DNA from: an uncultured cyanobacterium
GTDB lineage: Bacteria > Cyanobacteriota > Cyanobacteriia > Cyanobacteriales > CAWCAG01
Reading direction: 5' to 3'
Assembly: GCA_963793425.1 (NCBI GenBank)
Contig: CAWCAG010000009.1
Coordinates: 1,056,001 to 1,120,000, forward strand
Length of the DNA: 64,000 nt
Positions 39,643-48,995 of this stretch are shown piece by piece; within the stretch, counting starts at the first letter, position 1, and each line of letters starts with the position of its first letter. The notes under the pieces were generated by a model. The model saw only the letters and a list, made by a program, of their open reading frames with translations. It ran no database searches and had not been told where the DNA came from. The position numbers and the translations under genes were made by a program.

Positions 39643-40467
39643 TCAATCATAAGAACACCAGTCACTCCATCCTCCTGGATATAATTTCGCGTTATTAATT
39701 TGGGCTATTTCCAAAGAGAGAAGATTAACACAGGCTGTCACTCCTGAACCACAATAAACAACTAAAGGAGAACCAAACTGGTAATTTTGCCATCTTTGGC
39801 TTTGTACCAAGGAAGAGCGGATTTCCTGTGATGGTTTTGTAACTTCTTTCCAGGGCAAATTAATTGCACCCGGAATATGTCCTGCCACAGGATCTATAGG
39901 TTCTACTTTTCCTAAATAGCGGTTGTGATCGCGGGAATCAACCAAAATCATCTCCGGGCCATTCTGATAATTCTTAACGGTTTCGATACCTACTATCAGA
40001 TCAGTTCTAACCTGGGGAATAAAATCACCTTGACTAGCTATACCCAAGGTATCATTAACCGGATATTGCCCTTCTTGCCAAGCTAACCAACCTCCATCTA
40101 AAACAGCTACTTGGTCGTGACCAAAGTAGCGTAATAGCCACCAGAGACGAGCCGCAAAAGCGAAACGGGAACTATCATAGGCAACTACCAAAGTTTTCCC
40201 AAAATCAACCCCTAGACTAGCCATCTTACTAGCAAATCTCTCTGGTTCGGGTAGGGGATGGCGACCACCATGGCGTTTAAGAGGAGCAGATAAATCCTGG
40301 TCTAAATGTAAGTAATCGGCCCCCGGAATATGGCTATGGCGATACTGTCCCTCTCCCCATTGAGGGTAAGACAAATCGAAACGACAATCGACAATTACCA
40401 CCTGGGGATTATTCAATTGCTCTGCTAACCAAGCACAATTAACAACTGGAAGCTGAACTTTACTCAT
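39643..40467 (-). CDS. Two-domain sulfurtransferase (SseA/rhodanese)
   Basis: HIPGA twice, GGRHPLP, YCGSGVTAC, LYPGGWSDW. Confidence 0.93.
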   Translation of the reverse strand: MSKVQLPVVNCAWLAEQLNNPQVVIVDCRFDLSYPQWGEGQYRHSHIPGADYLHLDQDLSAPLKRHGGRHPLPEPERFASKMASLGVDFGKTLVVAYDSSRFAFAARLWWLLRYFGHDQVAVLDGGWLAWQEGQYPVNDTLGIASQGDFIPQVRTDLIVGIETVKNYQNGPEMILVDSRDHNRYLGKVEPIDPVAGHIPGAINLPWKEVTKPSQEIRSSLVQSQRWQNYQFGSPLVVYCGSGVTACVNLLSLEIAQINNAKLYPGGWSDWCSYD

Positions 40468-40471
40468 AAGT

Positions 40472-40936
40472 TCAATCCGCTTGTACCCAATCGTAATTTT
40501 TTCCTATCAGCAAGCAATTACGGCTATCATCAATGCGAGTGTAACTCAAACAATCAGAAATTTTTTGCAAAATTTCTAAACCACGGCCGCCCCCTGCCCA
40601 CTGATTATCTTTTTTCTCTAACAAATTGTTGAGGTGGGCAGTTAAATCAAAAGGAGGACCGCAATCCCAAATACGCATTTCTAAGTGATCATTATACAAA
40701 GTGACCTCAATTTCAATTAATTCGTCTGTCGGTAGCCCTCTATGGGCATGACGAACAGCATTAGTAAATCCTTCAGCCAAAGCCAATTTGCACTCTAGCC
40801 AATATTTTAGGGATACTGAAGAAGGTTTAAAAGGATCAAACCAGGACAAAACATTGTCTAATAACTTCAGATCCGTAGAAAAGGTTGTCAAAGTTTTTTT
40901 GAGAACTGTCAACAGCCCAAAGCCCTTTAACGTCAC
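40472..40936 (-). CDS. RsbW-like anti-sigma factor Ser/Thr kinase
   Basis: LALAEGFTNAVRHA, IWDCGPPFD, GGRGL; start codon uncertain. Confidence 0.88.
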   Translation of the reverse strand: MTLKGFGLLTVLKKTLTTFSTDLKLLDNVLSWFDPFKPSSVSLKYWLECKLALAEGFTNAVRHAHRGLPTDELIEIEVTLYNDHLEMRIWDCGPPFDLTAHLNNLLEKKDNQWAGGGRGLEILQKISDCLSYTRIDDSRNCLLIGKNYDWVQAD

Positions 40937-41126
40937 AACAAAGTAGCTATTATTGCCAATTTAACTAACAGTAGTAATAGCAAATCTAGTTTAGCCTGAA
41001 TTTATGGACTTGAGACTTGACTATCGACCGACATTTAATTCTTATGTTTTTCAAATTGATCAAATTAAGTCTAGTCTAGTTGAGGATGGGAGCCAATCAA
41101 AGCACGAGTTAAATCACTGACCTGTC

Positions 41127-42266
41127 ATGGAGCAAATACTGATTATTGACGATGATCCAGCAATTCAGATGTTGCTGAAAAGAACTTTAGCCAAAAGCGG
41201 TTACGATGTCACCGTTGCTAGTGATGGTAAGGAGGGTTTAGCTAAGGCCAAGGAGATTGTTCCTGGCATGGTAATTTGCGACTGGATGATGCCTCATCTG
41301 AATGGCATTGATGTTTGTCGCCAAATTAAAGCCACCCCGCAGCTTTCGACCACTTTTTTTATACTACTAACCTCCAGAGATTCTGTAGATGATCGCGTAG
41401 AAGGTTTAGATGCCGGGGCCGATGATTTTGTTTGTAAACCCATTGAGATATTTGAGTTAGATGCCCGTGTTCGTTCTGGCTTAAGGCAACATCAACTAGC
41501 CAATGACTTACAACAACAAAAGCAGCTTTTAGAAGCAGAATTAGCTGAGGCAGCAGAATATGTCTGTTCAATTTTACCAGAGCCTTTAATTGAGCCAAGA
41601 ATATCTATTAATCTGAAGTTTATTCCTTCTAGCCAGTTAGGGGGGGATAGTTTCGATTACTATTGGCTGGATGAAGACCGTATAGCCATGTATTTATTGG
41701 ATGTCTCAGGCCATGGCTTGAGGGCTGCTTTACCTTCTTTGTCGGTAATGAATCTTTTGCGTTCTAAGGGCTTACCTAAAGTTAATTATCATCAACCTAG
41801 CGAAGTTCTCAGGGGGTTGAATGATGCTTTTCAAATGACTCAGCGCAATGACAAGTATTTTACTATTTGGTACGGCGTTTATGATACAAAACAACGTCAA
41901 CTTGTTTATGCTAGTGCTGGCCATCCTCCAGGAGTTCTCCTTAGCCCCTTGCCTAAGTCTAGTTTAGAAGTGCAACTCTTAAAAACGCCAGGTTTTCCGG
42001 TAGGGATGTTTCCTGATGCTGAGTATACAGATACTAGCTGTGAGGTGCGACCTGATACTAGTCTTTATCTATTCAGCGATGGTATTTACGAACTTAGTCA
42101 AGAAGACGGTACGCTTTGGGGTTTAGATAATTTCATTGAGCAACTCAAAGACCATCAAAACAATCCTCAGCAGAATTTGGAGTTTTTAATTAAAAAAGTT
42201 CAATCTTTCAACTCTAAAGATGTCTTAGATGACGATCTTTCCCTAATGCGAATAGATTTCGTCTGA
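41127..42266 (+). CDS. Receiver + PP2C/SpoIIE phosphatase (RsbU/RsbP-like)
   Basis: IIDDD, CDWMMP, GGDSFD, DVSGHG, FSDG, DDLS. Confidence 0.92.
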   Translation: MEQILIIDDDPAIQMLLKRTLAKSGYDVTVASDGKEGLAKAKEIVPGMVICDWMMPHLNGIDVCRQIKATPQLSTTFFILLTSRDSVDDRVEGLDAGADDFVCKPIEIFELDARVRSGLRQHQLANDLQQQKQLLEAELAEAAEYVCSILPEPLIEPRISINLKFIPSSQLGGDSFDYYWLDEDRIAMYLLDVSGHGLRAALPSLSVMNLLRSKGLPKVNYHQPSEVLRGLNDAFQMTQRNDKYFTIWYGVYDTKQRQLVYASAGHPPGVLLSPLPKSSLEVQLLKTPGFPVGMFPDAEYTDTSCEVRPDTSLYLFSDGIYELSQEDGTLWGLDNFIEQLKDHQNNPQQNLEFLIKKVQSFNSKDVLDDDLSLMRIDFV

Positions 42267-42393
42267 ATTTCTGTGGTCAGAAAGTATTATTAACCAACAT
42301 GAAGAAACAAGCATCTATCCCACGCCGAATTTTTGAGATTACGAACGTGGGGACGGATGCTACAATTAACCTCCCGGTAAAAACTGGCTATTT

Positions 42394-42720
42394 CTAAGAC
42401 TTGGTTAAGACTTTTTCTTGGAAATCTTCATAATTATCAAAGATTTCAAATACTCGATCCATACTGGTAAGCTCAAATAACATTTTAATTTGTTCATTAA
42501 TGGAACATAAAAACAGTTTAGAGCCAGCCGTACGAACAGTTTTGAGGGCTAATACTAACGCTCCTAAACCAGAGCTATCCATAAAAGTTACATCACGAAA
42601 ATCAATGACGATAATTTCCGCCTTATCTTCGACGCATTTTTGAATTTCTTGACGGAATTCACTCGCTTTCGTCCCGTCTAAGATCCCGGAAGGTTTAATT
42701 ACTTTAACAGCAGAATTCAT
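42394..42720 (-). CDS. STAS anti-anti-sigma factor
   Basis: VTFMDSSGLGAL phospho-Ser motif. Confidence 0.92.
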   Translation of the reverse strand: MNSAVKVIKPSGILDGTKASEFRQEIQKCVEDKAEIIVIDFRDVTFMDSSGLGALVLALKTVRTAGSKLFLCSINEQIKMLFELTSMDRVFEIFDNYEDFQEKVLTKS

Positions 42721-42856
42721 AGATGTTGTCGATTTCCTCTGTAAAAATCTGCGGACTTTGCCAGTATAACTGTGAGCTTTGCTTTAAGCCATACTCTTTT
42801 CCTAGGAAGATGATCTTCCCTATTCTTTATTCTATTCTGCCCTCGGAGCATAATTT

Positions 42857-44548
42857 ATGGAAACTTATGATGTAATTATTATCGGTGCAGGTCACAATGG
42901 GTTAGTCTGTGGGGCTTATTTGCTTAAAGCTGGCTATAAAGTTTTGTGGTTAGAAAAGCGCTCTGTACCTGGAGGGGCGGCTACCACAGAAGAAGTAATA
43001 CCCAAAGAGGCTCCTGGTTTTAAGTTTAATCTTTGTGCTATTGATCATGAATTTATTTTCCTGAGTCCAGTTATTGAGGAATTACAACTCCACAAATATG
43101 GCTTAGAATATCTTTTTTGTGATCCGGTAGTTTTTTGCCCTCATCCTGATGGTAAGTACTTTTTTGCCCATAAATCTGTTGAGGCAACTTGTGCAGAAAT
43201 TGCCCGTTATAGCCAGCGAGATGCGGTTAAGTACGCTGAATTCATTGCTTATTGGCAAGGTTTGATGGGGGCGATCGCGCCTCTTTTTAATGCCCCTCCT
43301 AAGTCTTTATTAGATATTGCTGGTAATTTTGACAAAGGGAAAATTAAAGATTTATTTAAAAGTGTGGGTTCGACAAAAAAGACCCTGGATTTTATCCGCA
43401 CCATGCTTTCTAGCCCCGAAGATTTAATTAATGAGTGGTTTGACAGTGAAATTGTTCGAGCGCCTCTAGCTAGGTTAGCAGCAGAAATTGGCGCTCCTCC
43501 TTCTCAAAAAGGTATTACCGCCGGGGCCATGATGATGGCCATGCGTCACCATCCCGGTATGGCTAGACCTCGCGGTGGGACAGGGGCTTTAACAGAGGCT
43601 TTGGTTAAGCTGGTAAAAGCAGAAGGGGGAACAATTCTTACTGAGCAAGGAGTAGAAAAGGTTTTGGTCAATGATGGTCATGCTGTGGGAGTAAGAGTGT
43701 CTGGAGGGAAGGAATATTTAGCTAAGGCGGGGGTTATTTCCAATATTGATGCTCAACGGCTCTTTTTACAGTTAATGGAGCCAGGGGACGTTGCTGAGGT
43801 GGATTCGCAATTGCGCGATCGCCTAGAGAGGAAAATTGCTAATAATAATGAAACAATTCTTAAAATAGACTGTGCTTTATCAGAGCCTCCTCGGTTTGTT
43901 AATCATAATCATCAAGATGAATATTTAATCGGAACAGTACTAATAGCAGATTCTGTTAACCAAGTAGAAAAAGCCCATGCTTTGGCCAATATGGGAGAAA
44001 TTCCTGATAGTGATCCATCTATGTACCTTGATGTACCTACTGTCCTTGACCCTTCTATGGCTCCGGAAGGTAAGCATACTTTGTGGATTGAGTTTTTTGC
44101 TCCCTACCAAATTTATGGGGCAGAGGGGACTGGTTTAAATGGGACTGGTTGGACAGATGAGGTTAAGAATAAGGTTGCTGACCGAGTTATGGATAAGTTA
44201 GCCGAATATGCTCCGAATGTTAAGGAAAGTGTGATTGCTAGGCGGGTAGAAAGCCCTGCTGAATTAGCGCAAAGGTTAGGAAGTTATAAGGGTAATTATT
44301 ATCATATGGATATGACCATTGATCAGATGGTTTTCTTGCGTCCTTTACCAGAGATAGCTAATTATAAAACACCCATTGAAGGTTTGTTTTTAACTGGGGC
44401 AGGAACTCATCCTGGAGGAGCAATTTCGGGAATGCCAGGGAGAAATTGTGCCAGGGTTTTCTTACAGCAACAAAAGCCTTTTGCTAGTCGTTGGCAGGAT
44501 GCTCAAGAAACAGTTAAATCGGTTTTTAATTCAGTTTTTGGTAATTAG
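42857..44548 (+). CDS. crtO: Beta-carotene ketolase CrtO (CrtI-like FAD oxidoreductase)
   Basis: IIGAGHNGL, FNLCAIDHEFI, GTGLNGTGW, GTHPGGAISGMPGRNCA. Confidence 0.82.
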   Translation: METYDVIIIGAGHNGLVCGAYLLKAGYKVLWLEKRSVPGGAATTEEVIPKEAPGFKFNLCAIDHEFIFLSPVIEELQLHKYGLEYLFCDPVVFCPHPDGKYFFAHKSVEATCAEIARYSQRDAVKYAEFIAYWQGLMGAIAPLFNAPPKSLLDIAGNFDKGKIKDLFKSVGSTKKTLDFIRTMLSSPEDLINEWFDSEIVRAPLARLAAEIGAPPSQKGITAGAMMMAMRHHPGMARPRGGTGALTEALVKLVKAEGGTILTEQGVEKVLVNDGHAVGVRVSGGKEYLAKAGVISNIDAQRLFLQLMEPGDVAEVDSQLRDRLERKIANNNETILKIDCALSEPPRFVNHNHQDEYLIGTVLIADSVNQVEKAHALANMGEIPDSDPSMYLDVPTVLDPSMAPEGKHTLWIEFFAPYQIYGAEGTGLNGTGWTDEVKNKVADRVMDKLAEYAPNVKESVIARRVESPAELAQRLGSYKGNYYHMDMTIDQMVFLRPLPEIANYKTPIEGLFLTGAGTHPGGAISGMPGRNCARVFLQQQKPFASRWQDAQETVKSVFNSVFGN

Positions 44549-44560
44549 TTATTTGAGGGT

Positions 44561-44812
44561 TTATTTCTTATTAAAATAAGCTAAACTTTGAGAAATTGCT
44601 ATGTCCATTTCTTCTACAGTGGCGGCTTTAATATTAGGACGATACAATTTTCCAGAAAGAGTTTCTACGGAAACATTGAGAGGAATAAGTTTAACTTTGC
44701 CTTCTTGATCTATCACAAAAGCAACTTTACTACCTGTCTGTAGTTTCAGGTAGCTACGAATCTCTAAGGGGATTACTATTTCTCCTTTGCTGGTGACTGT
44801 TGCATTTATCAT
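44561..44812 (-). CDS. AbrB/MazE/SpoVT-family DNA-binding protein (orphan antitoxin)
   Basis: ATVTSKGEIVIPLEIRSYL; no toxin gene downstream. Confidence 0.8.
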   Translation of the reverse strand: MINATVTSKGEIVIPLEIRSYLKLQTGSKVAFVIDQEGKVKLIPLNVSVETLSGKLYRPNIKAATVEEMDIAISQSLAYFNKK

Positions 44813-44871
44813 TTTGAGAATAATTGTAAAAACTTTAATATTTTGAATTTTTTAAGATAATCGCTATTTTC

Positions 44872-46686
44872 CTATATTTTACAGACTGCAAGCCTCTGTG
44901 CAATAAAAGGAATATGTACCAGTCCCTTTACATAAAATTCTTTACCAATTCTAATTGGCATGGGTAGATACCCTACAGCTATATTATCTTGCGATTCATA
45001 GTCTATCTCTTCAAACCATTCATCTTTCTCTCGGTTATACCACTTCACCTTTTCAGCAAATTTTTGATAGGTTTCCCATTCATATTCATCTGCTAGCTGA
45101 CCACCACATTCCAACCAAATATCTCTTTGTACCGTAAAACCTAACTTCCCATTACTATATTTGACCCACAAATTGTTGATTTTGTGTAAGTCCTCACAGG
45201 AAAACTCTTCTATATTGTCGTCGTTTAGTGAGCTTCTTGATGGGATGAAGAATTCTTCTTCTTTTACTCCAGCCACTATATGCATTATCTTGAGAGTTTC
45301 TTCATCAGCTTTTTCCCATTGTCCATTTTTAAGATAATTTTCTAAAGGCTGATAAAGTAAAGTAATTAATTTCAACTTTAATTCTTCATACTCTACTTCT
45401 AATTCTGTCTCAAGTTGGCGAGGCGATTCTTGTAAGCAATTAAAAGCCAACAAAATTGCTTCTCTTCTTCCCTCTTTTCCTAGTTCACATAAAGCTTTGA
45501 CTAACTGACTAGGATTAAACTGTGCTGCATAAAGCAAAATTGTTTCCCGCCACCAAGCTTTTTCCCAATTAGCAATTAATAAATCTCCCCTATTAATATG
45601 AATTATCTCTTTCGCTGCCAAATAACCTTGAAAACTCAAATGAGCAAACTCATAATTTTCATCCCGTTTAACTAATAGTTCACTAATATCAACAATTTCT
45701 TTGATAAAATCCTTAGCCACCACAGATTTATCAAAACTTTCAATCGGCGCTTTTACTTGCTCCAGCAAAACATCTTCTGCAATAGTTGGCTTATTCTCCC
45801 TCACCATGTACAAAGCCAAACCCTGCAAAACTTTCTGTGCCTCCTTCAAGGGCAAAACTAAATCAATCTTTCTTGCTAAAGGACGATTACCTAACTGTAA
45901 GTTAACAATTTCTCGATATAACTCGCTGCGTCTTTTCGGTAACTCTTCTGTGGGATAGCAACGATGTAAATTAGTAATAATGTTTAGCAATAAGGGGTTT
46001 TTTGCTAAATCATTTAACTCCAGGCGTTCATTTAATTGTTGCAACAAATTATGGGCATTATTAACCGCTTCTGCTTTCACATCTGCTGTATCTCTACCAC
46101 CTCTAGCCAATCGTTCCTGACACCAATACCAATTATTAATAAATCTCTCTTGCTGATTTCTATTAAAAGGTTTAACAAATAATTGAGCCTGTAATTTATA
46201 TTCCGTCAGAAAATGTTCATTATAGGTTAAGCCTGGTTTGTAACCTTCTGTCCTAAAATCCTTGCAGGTGTTTCCTTGTACGTTTAAATATTTATCATCA
46301 ACCCCTGCTAATTGCCATTTAATTGTCTCCTTGATAGCTTGATCTGTTTGTTCTATCCAAGCCATCAAAGAATCAACATCTTTTGCTCCCCTTTCCTTGT
46401 AAATTTCATAAAATCTGGTTAATACACTTTCTGAATAAGCTGCCCAAATAACAGCCAATATCGTCGCGGGAAAAGTAATTAAAACTAATACCCATTGCTG
46501 TTGCAACAGAAAAGAGAAAAAGACAACAATACTCCCACCCACAGGAGCAAATTGTACTAACGACTTCACCGCAGGAACTACGGTAGTTTGAACTAAACCT
46601 TGAGCATTTTTTCTTGCTCGTGCGATCGCAACTTTAGATTCAGCCGGAGTTTTAGTTTCTTTCTTTTCGGGCTTCTCGTCAGTCAT
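44872..46686 (-). CDS. Membrane-anchored NACHT-remnant + GUN4-like domain protein
   Basis: Two N-terminal TM helices; NPLLL, FAHLSFQGYLAA, WWRETILL; GUN4 WEKADEET..LWVKYSNGKLGFTVQ; no Walker A/B. Confidence 0.78.
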   Translation of the reverse strand: MTDEKPEKKETKTPAESKVAIARARKNAQGLVQTTVVPAVKSLVQFAPVGGSIVVFFSFLLQQQWVLVLITFPATILAVIWAAYSESVLTRFYEIYKERGAKDVDSLMAWIEQTDQAIKETIKWQLAGVDDKYLNVQGNTCKDFRTEGYKPGLTYNEHFLTEYKLQAQLFVKPFNRNQQERFINNWYWCQERLARGGRDTADVKAEAVNNAHNLLQQLNERLELNDLAKNPLLLNIITNLHRCYPTEELPKRRSELYREIVNLQLGNRPLARKIDLVLPLKEAQKVLQGLALYMVRENKPTIAEDVLLEQVKAPIESFDKSVVAKDFIKEIVDISELLVKRDENYEFAHLSFQGYLAAKEIIHINRGDLLIANWEKAWWRETILLYAAQFNPSQLVKALCELGKEGRREAILLAFNCLQESPRQLETELEVEYEELKLKLITLLYQPLENYLKNGQWEKADEETLKIMHIVAGVKEEEFFIPSRSSLNDDNIEEFSCEDLHKINNLWVKYSNGKLGFTVQRDIWLECGGQLADEYEWETYQKFAEKVKWYNREKDEWFEEIDYESQDNIAVGYLPMPIRIGKEFYVKGLVHIPFIAQRLAVCKI

Positions 46687-46941
46687 AGCAAAGGGTTTGT
46701 TGATATTTTGTAAACGAGATAGAGGCAGGAAATTATTTATATTGTAAAGGTTGATTTATTTACATTTCAGAAATAATATAAATTTAGGAAAACTCGTCAC
46801 CACTGAAATATCTTTATAATAAATTCAAAAAAATCTGTAGCGATCACCTTACCCAATCAAAAATTTAAAATTATTTGACATTCAAGACAATCACTACTAA
46901 TGCTGCATATTATTTTAAGGAGAGACATTTTTAAATAATTA

Positions 46942-47541
46942 TCAATTATCAATTGATAAAGCTTGTCTAAATTCTCGTACCGCCTGAAGATGATTAGGCA
47001 ACTCAACATACTTTTTAAACAAATTTATATCTAATCTAGGCAGACATTTACTTGTTTCAAGTCTTCGATAACCAATCTTTGCTTCTACTTTTTCTAAGGC
47101 ATAAATTGATAAACTTCCTGCTTCCCAAAACCAAACTTCGGGAATATTTAACCTTTTGTATGCTTCTAACTTATCAATTCCCCCACTAGTAACCACAACT
47201 TCAACAACCAAGTCAGGATAATCTCTACCTTCATTTAATTCATAGGATAAATCAGCTTCCCTTTTAACCAATCCTGTTTCACTTTCTAAAGTCATAGAAC
47301 CAGTAGGAGTATAGTTAATATTGGCTATTTCTAAATAAATATCTAGTAGACTAGAAATACGCTGTTTAATGACTTCATGTTTTCTTCCTGGCATGAGACG
47401 TAATTCTAAAATCCCCTTAAGAAAAGATAACCTAACTCCTGGGCGCTCAAGAATTGACTGTACAGTCTTAAATTCTTGCCAAGTCATTTTATCAAATAAA
47501 ATAGGTTGTTCAGAAATAGTTTCTGCGATCGCAAATGTCAT
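46942..47541 (-). CDS. Uma2 family endonuclease-fold protein
   Basis: EADLSY, PDLVVEVVVTS, YKRLNIPEVWFW. Confidence 0.9.
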   Translation of the reverse strand: MTFAIAETISEQPILFDKMTWQEFKTVQSILERPGVRLSFLKGILELRLMPGRKHEVIKQRISSLLDIYLEIANINYTPTGSMTLESETGLVKREADLSYELNEGRDYPDLVVEVVVTSGGIDKLEAYKRLNIPEVWFWEAGSLSIYALEKVEAKIGYRRLETSKCLPRLDINLFKKYVELPNHLQAVREFRQALSIDN

Positions 47542-47555
47542 AACTTTCTCCTTTA

Positions 47556-48620
47556 TTAACGTCGCATAATAAGCTCTAAATCCTCTCCAAACATTGCCTC
47601 TAGTAACTCTTCAAGTTCTTCTGGAACGACTGGAGAAGCAGAAGCTGGCCCTTTAATAAAGTCTTTAATCGTAATCTTGCGATCGCGGAAATCTTGAACA
47701 AAATTACGGACTTCTTCTAAAATATCAATTTCCATTTGACCTTCTTCAAGGGTATTACCAACTATATCTATACCCTCTCGTTTAGCACTACGATAAGCTT
47801 TTACCATTTGACCTTCAGGAGTACTCTTAACTTGATTTAGTTCTGTTTTAAGTTGTTCAAGTTGTTCAGTTAGTAACTCAATTTCTTTTTCTAATTGTCT
47901 TTCTTGTTCATTTTGAGCAGAAGCGCGAAAATCTTCTTTGTTGCTCTGACTTTCAATTTCTAATAATCTGGCATAATCACCATTTTTATAGGCAAGATTA
48001 ATCTCTTTCATCACTTCTGTGTGATGATTTTGGGTTTCCTCATCAGCCACTTTATCAGGATGAAACTTATCTGCTAACTTCAAAAAAAGCTTCCTTAAAT
48101 CCTTAGAAGCCCTACCCTTAACTTCTGCACCAGTTTCTGCAAATAATTCTTCTTGCTCACCAAAAAAGTTCCGGGGATTTGAAGAATGAAAATCTTCTTC
48201 TTCTGGGGCAAAATCTTCTTCCATTTCCTCATGCTCTGATGGGTCAAGGCGAGAGGAAATACGTCCTGTTAATTGAAGGGTTTTGTATACTTCTTCAATT
48301 TGCTTTTTTGACTGCTTTCCGAAGCGACGTTTAGTTAAAATTTCGTCGAACAAATTATGAATTTCTTGATCAATTTTGAGGAGTTGCTCGTATAAAGAGC
48401 TACTTTTAGCTACCATTTCCATGGCAACCTCCCTTACTTGCCCAGTCAAGTTAGATAATTCTGTTCTTCTGCGCTTGATTTGGGTAAGAAGTTTTTTGTG
48501 TTGTTGCTGAAGAAACTCAAGTCTTCCACTGAGAGAGGCAAAGGAAAGTGTTGACTCATCAGCAGATGGGGAAGCTGTAGATGTGGTTTGGGAGGGGGTT
48601 TTTCTTTTCCTTCTGGCCAT
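47556..48620 (-). CDS. Coiled-coil protein with internal J-domain
   Basis: LFLKLADKFHPDK..MKEINLAY. Confidence 0.8.
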   Translation of the reverse strand: MARRKRKTPSQTTSTASPSADESTLSFASLSGRLEFLQQQHKKLLTQIKRRRTELSNLTGQVREVAMEMVAKSSSLYEQLLKIDQEIHNLFDEILTKRRFGKQSKKQIEEVYKTLQLTGRISSRLDPSEHEEMEEDFAPEEEDFHSSNPRNFFGEQEELFAETGAEVKGRASKDLRKLFLKLADKFHPDKVADEETQNHHTEVMKEINLAYKNGDYARLLEIESQSNKEDFRASAQNEQERQLEKEIELLTEQLEQLKTELNQVKSTPEGQMVKAYRSAKREGIDIVGNTLEEGQMEIDILEEVRNFVQDFRDRKITIKDFIKGPASASPVVPEELEELLEAMFGEDLELIMRR

Positions 48621-48727
48621 GAATCAAAAAAGAGGACGAACATTAAAATCCACTTTAGTTTACCTAACTTTTTGGATTTAACAACGACCCAAGTTTAACT
48701 ATCCCATGGCATCACCACTTTTTACCC

Positions 48728-48802
48728 AAAAAGAAAAGGCTTCTGGGAGTCTGGCCGTGTTTCGACCCCAAAAGCCTTTTCTTTAATTTTCGCTCCTCAC
48801 AC
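48728..48802 (-). ncRNA. yfr2: Yfr2 family small RNA
   Basis: 5' GTGTGAGGAG (complementary to the Yfr1 ACTCCTCACAC motif), long stem with GTCGAAACACGG loop, U-tail; -10 TACACT at 48809-48814. Confidence 0.8.
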
Positions 48803-48879
48803 AAATACAGTGTATACCTAACCATTCTGTTTTTATAAGGGAGTAGTGACACTTTTCTAACTGACACTCTTCTATTGGG

Positions 48880-48995
48880 TTGCTAATTGCTAGTTGCTAG
48901 CCGCTAATAGTTTTCACCCCAGCTCCCCATCTCCCCATCTCCCAATCTCCCAATCTCCCTAGCTCCCTAGCCCCCTAACTCCCTAACTCCCTAAC
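48880..48995. repeat. Short tandem heptamer/octamer repeats (STRR-like)
   Basis: TGCTAAT/TGCTAGT, CTCCCCAT/CTCCCAAT and CTCCCTA arrays. Confidence 0.7.

Noticed and set aside
44872..45400. True chlorophyll-pathway gun4
   Set aside because: The GUN4-like domain is C-terminal to a NACHT remnant, an accessory architecture rather than the stand-alone Mg-chelatase cofactor
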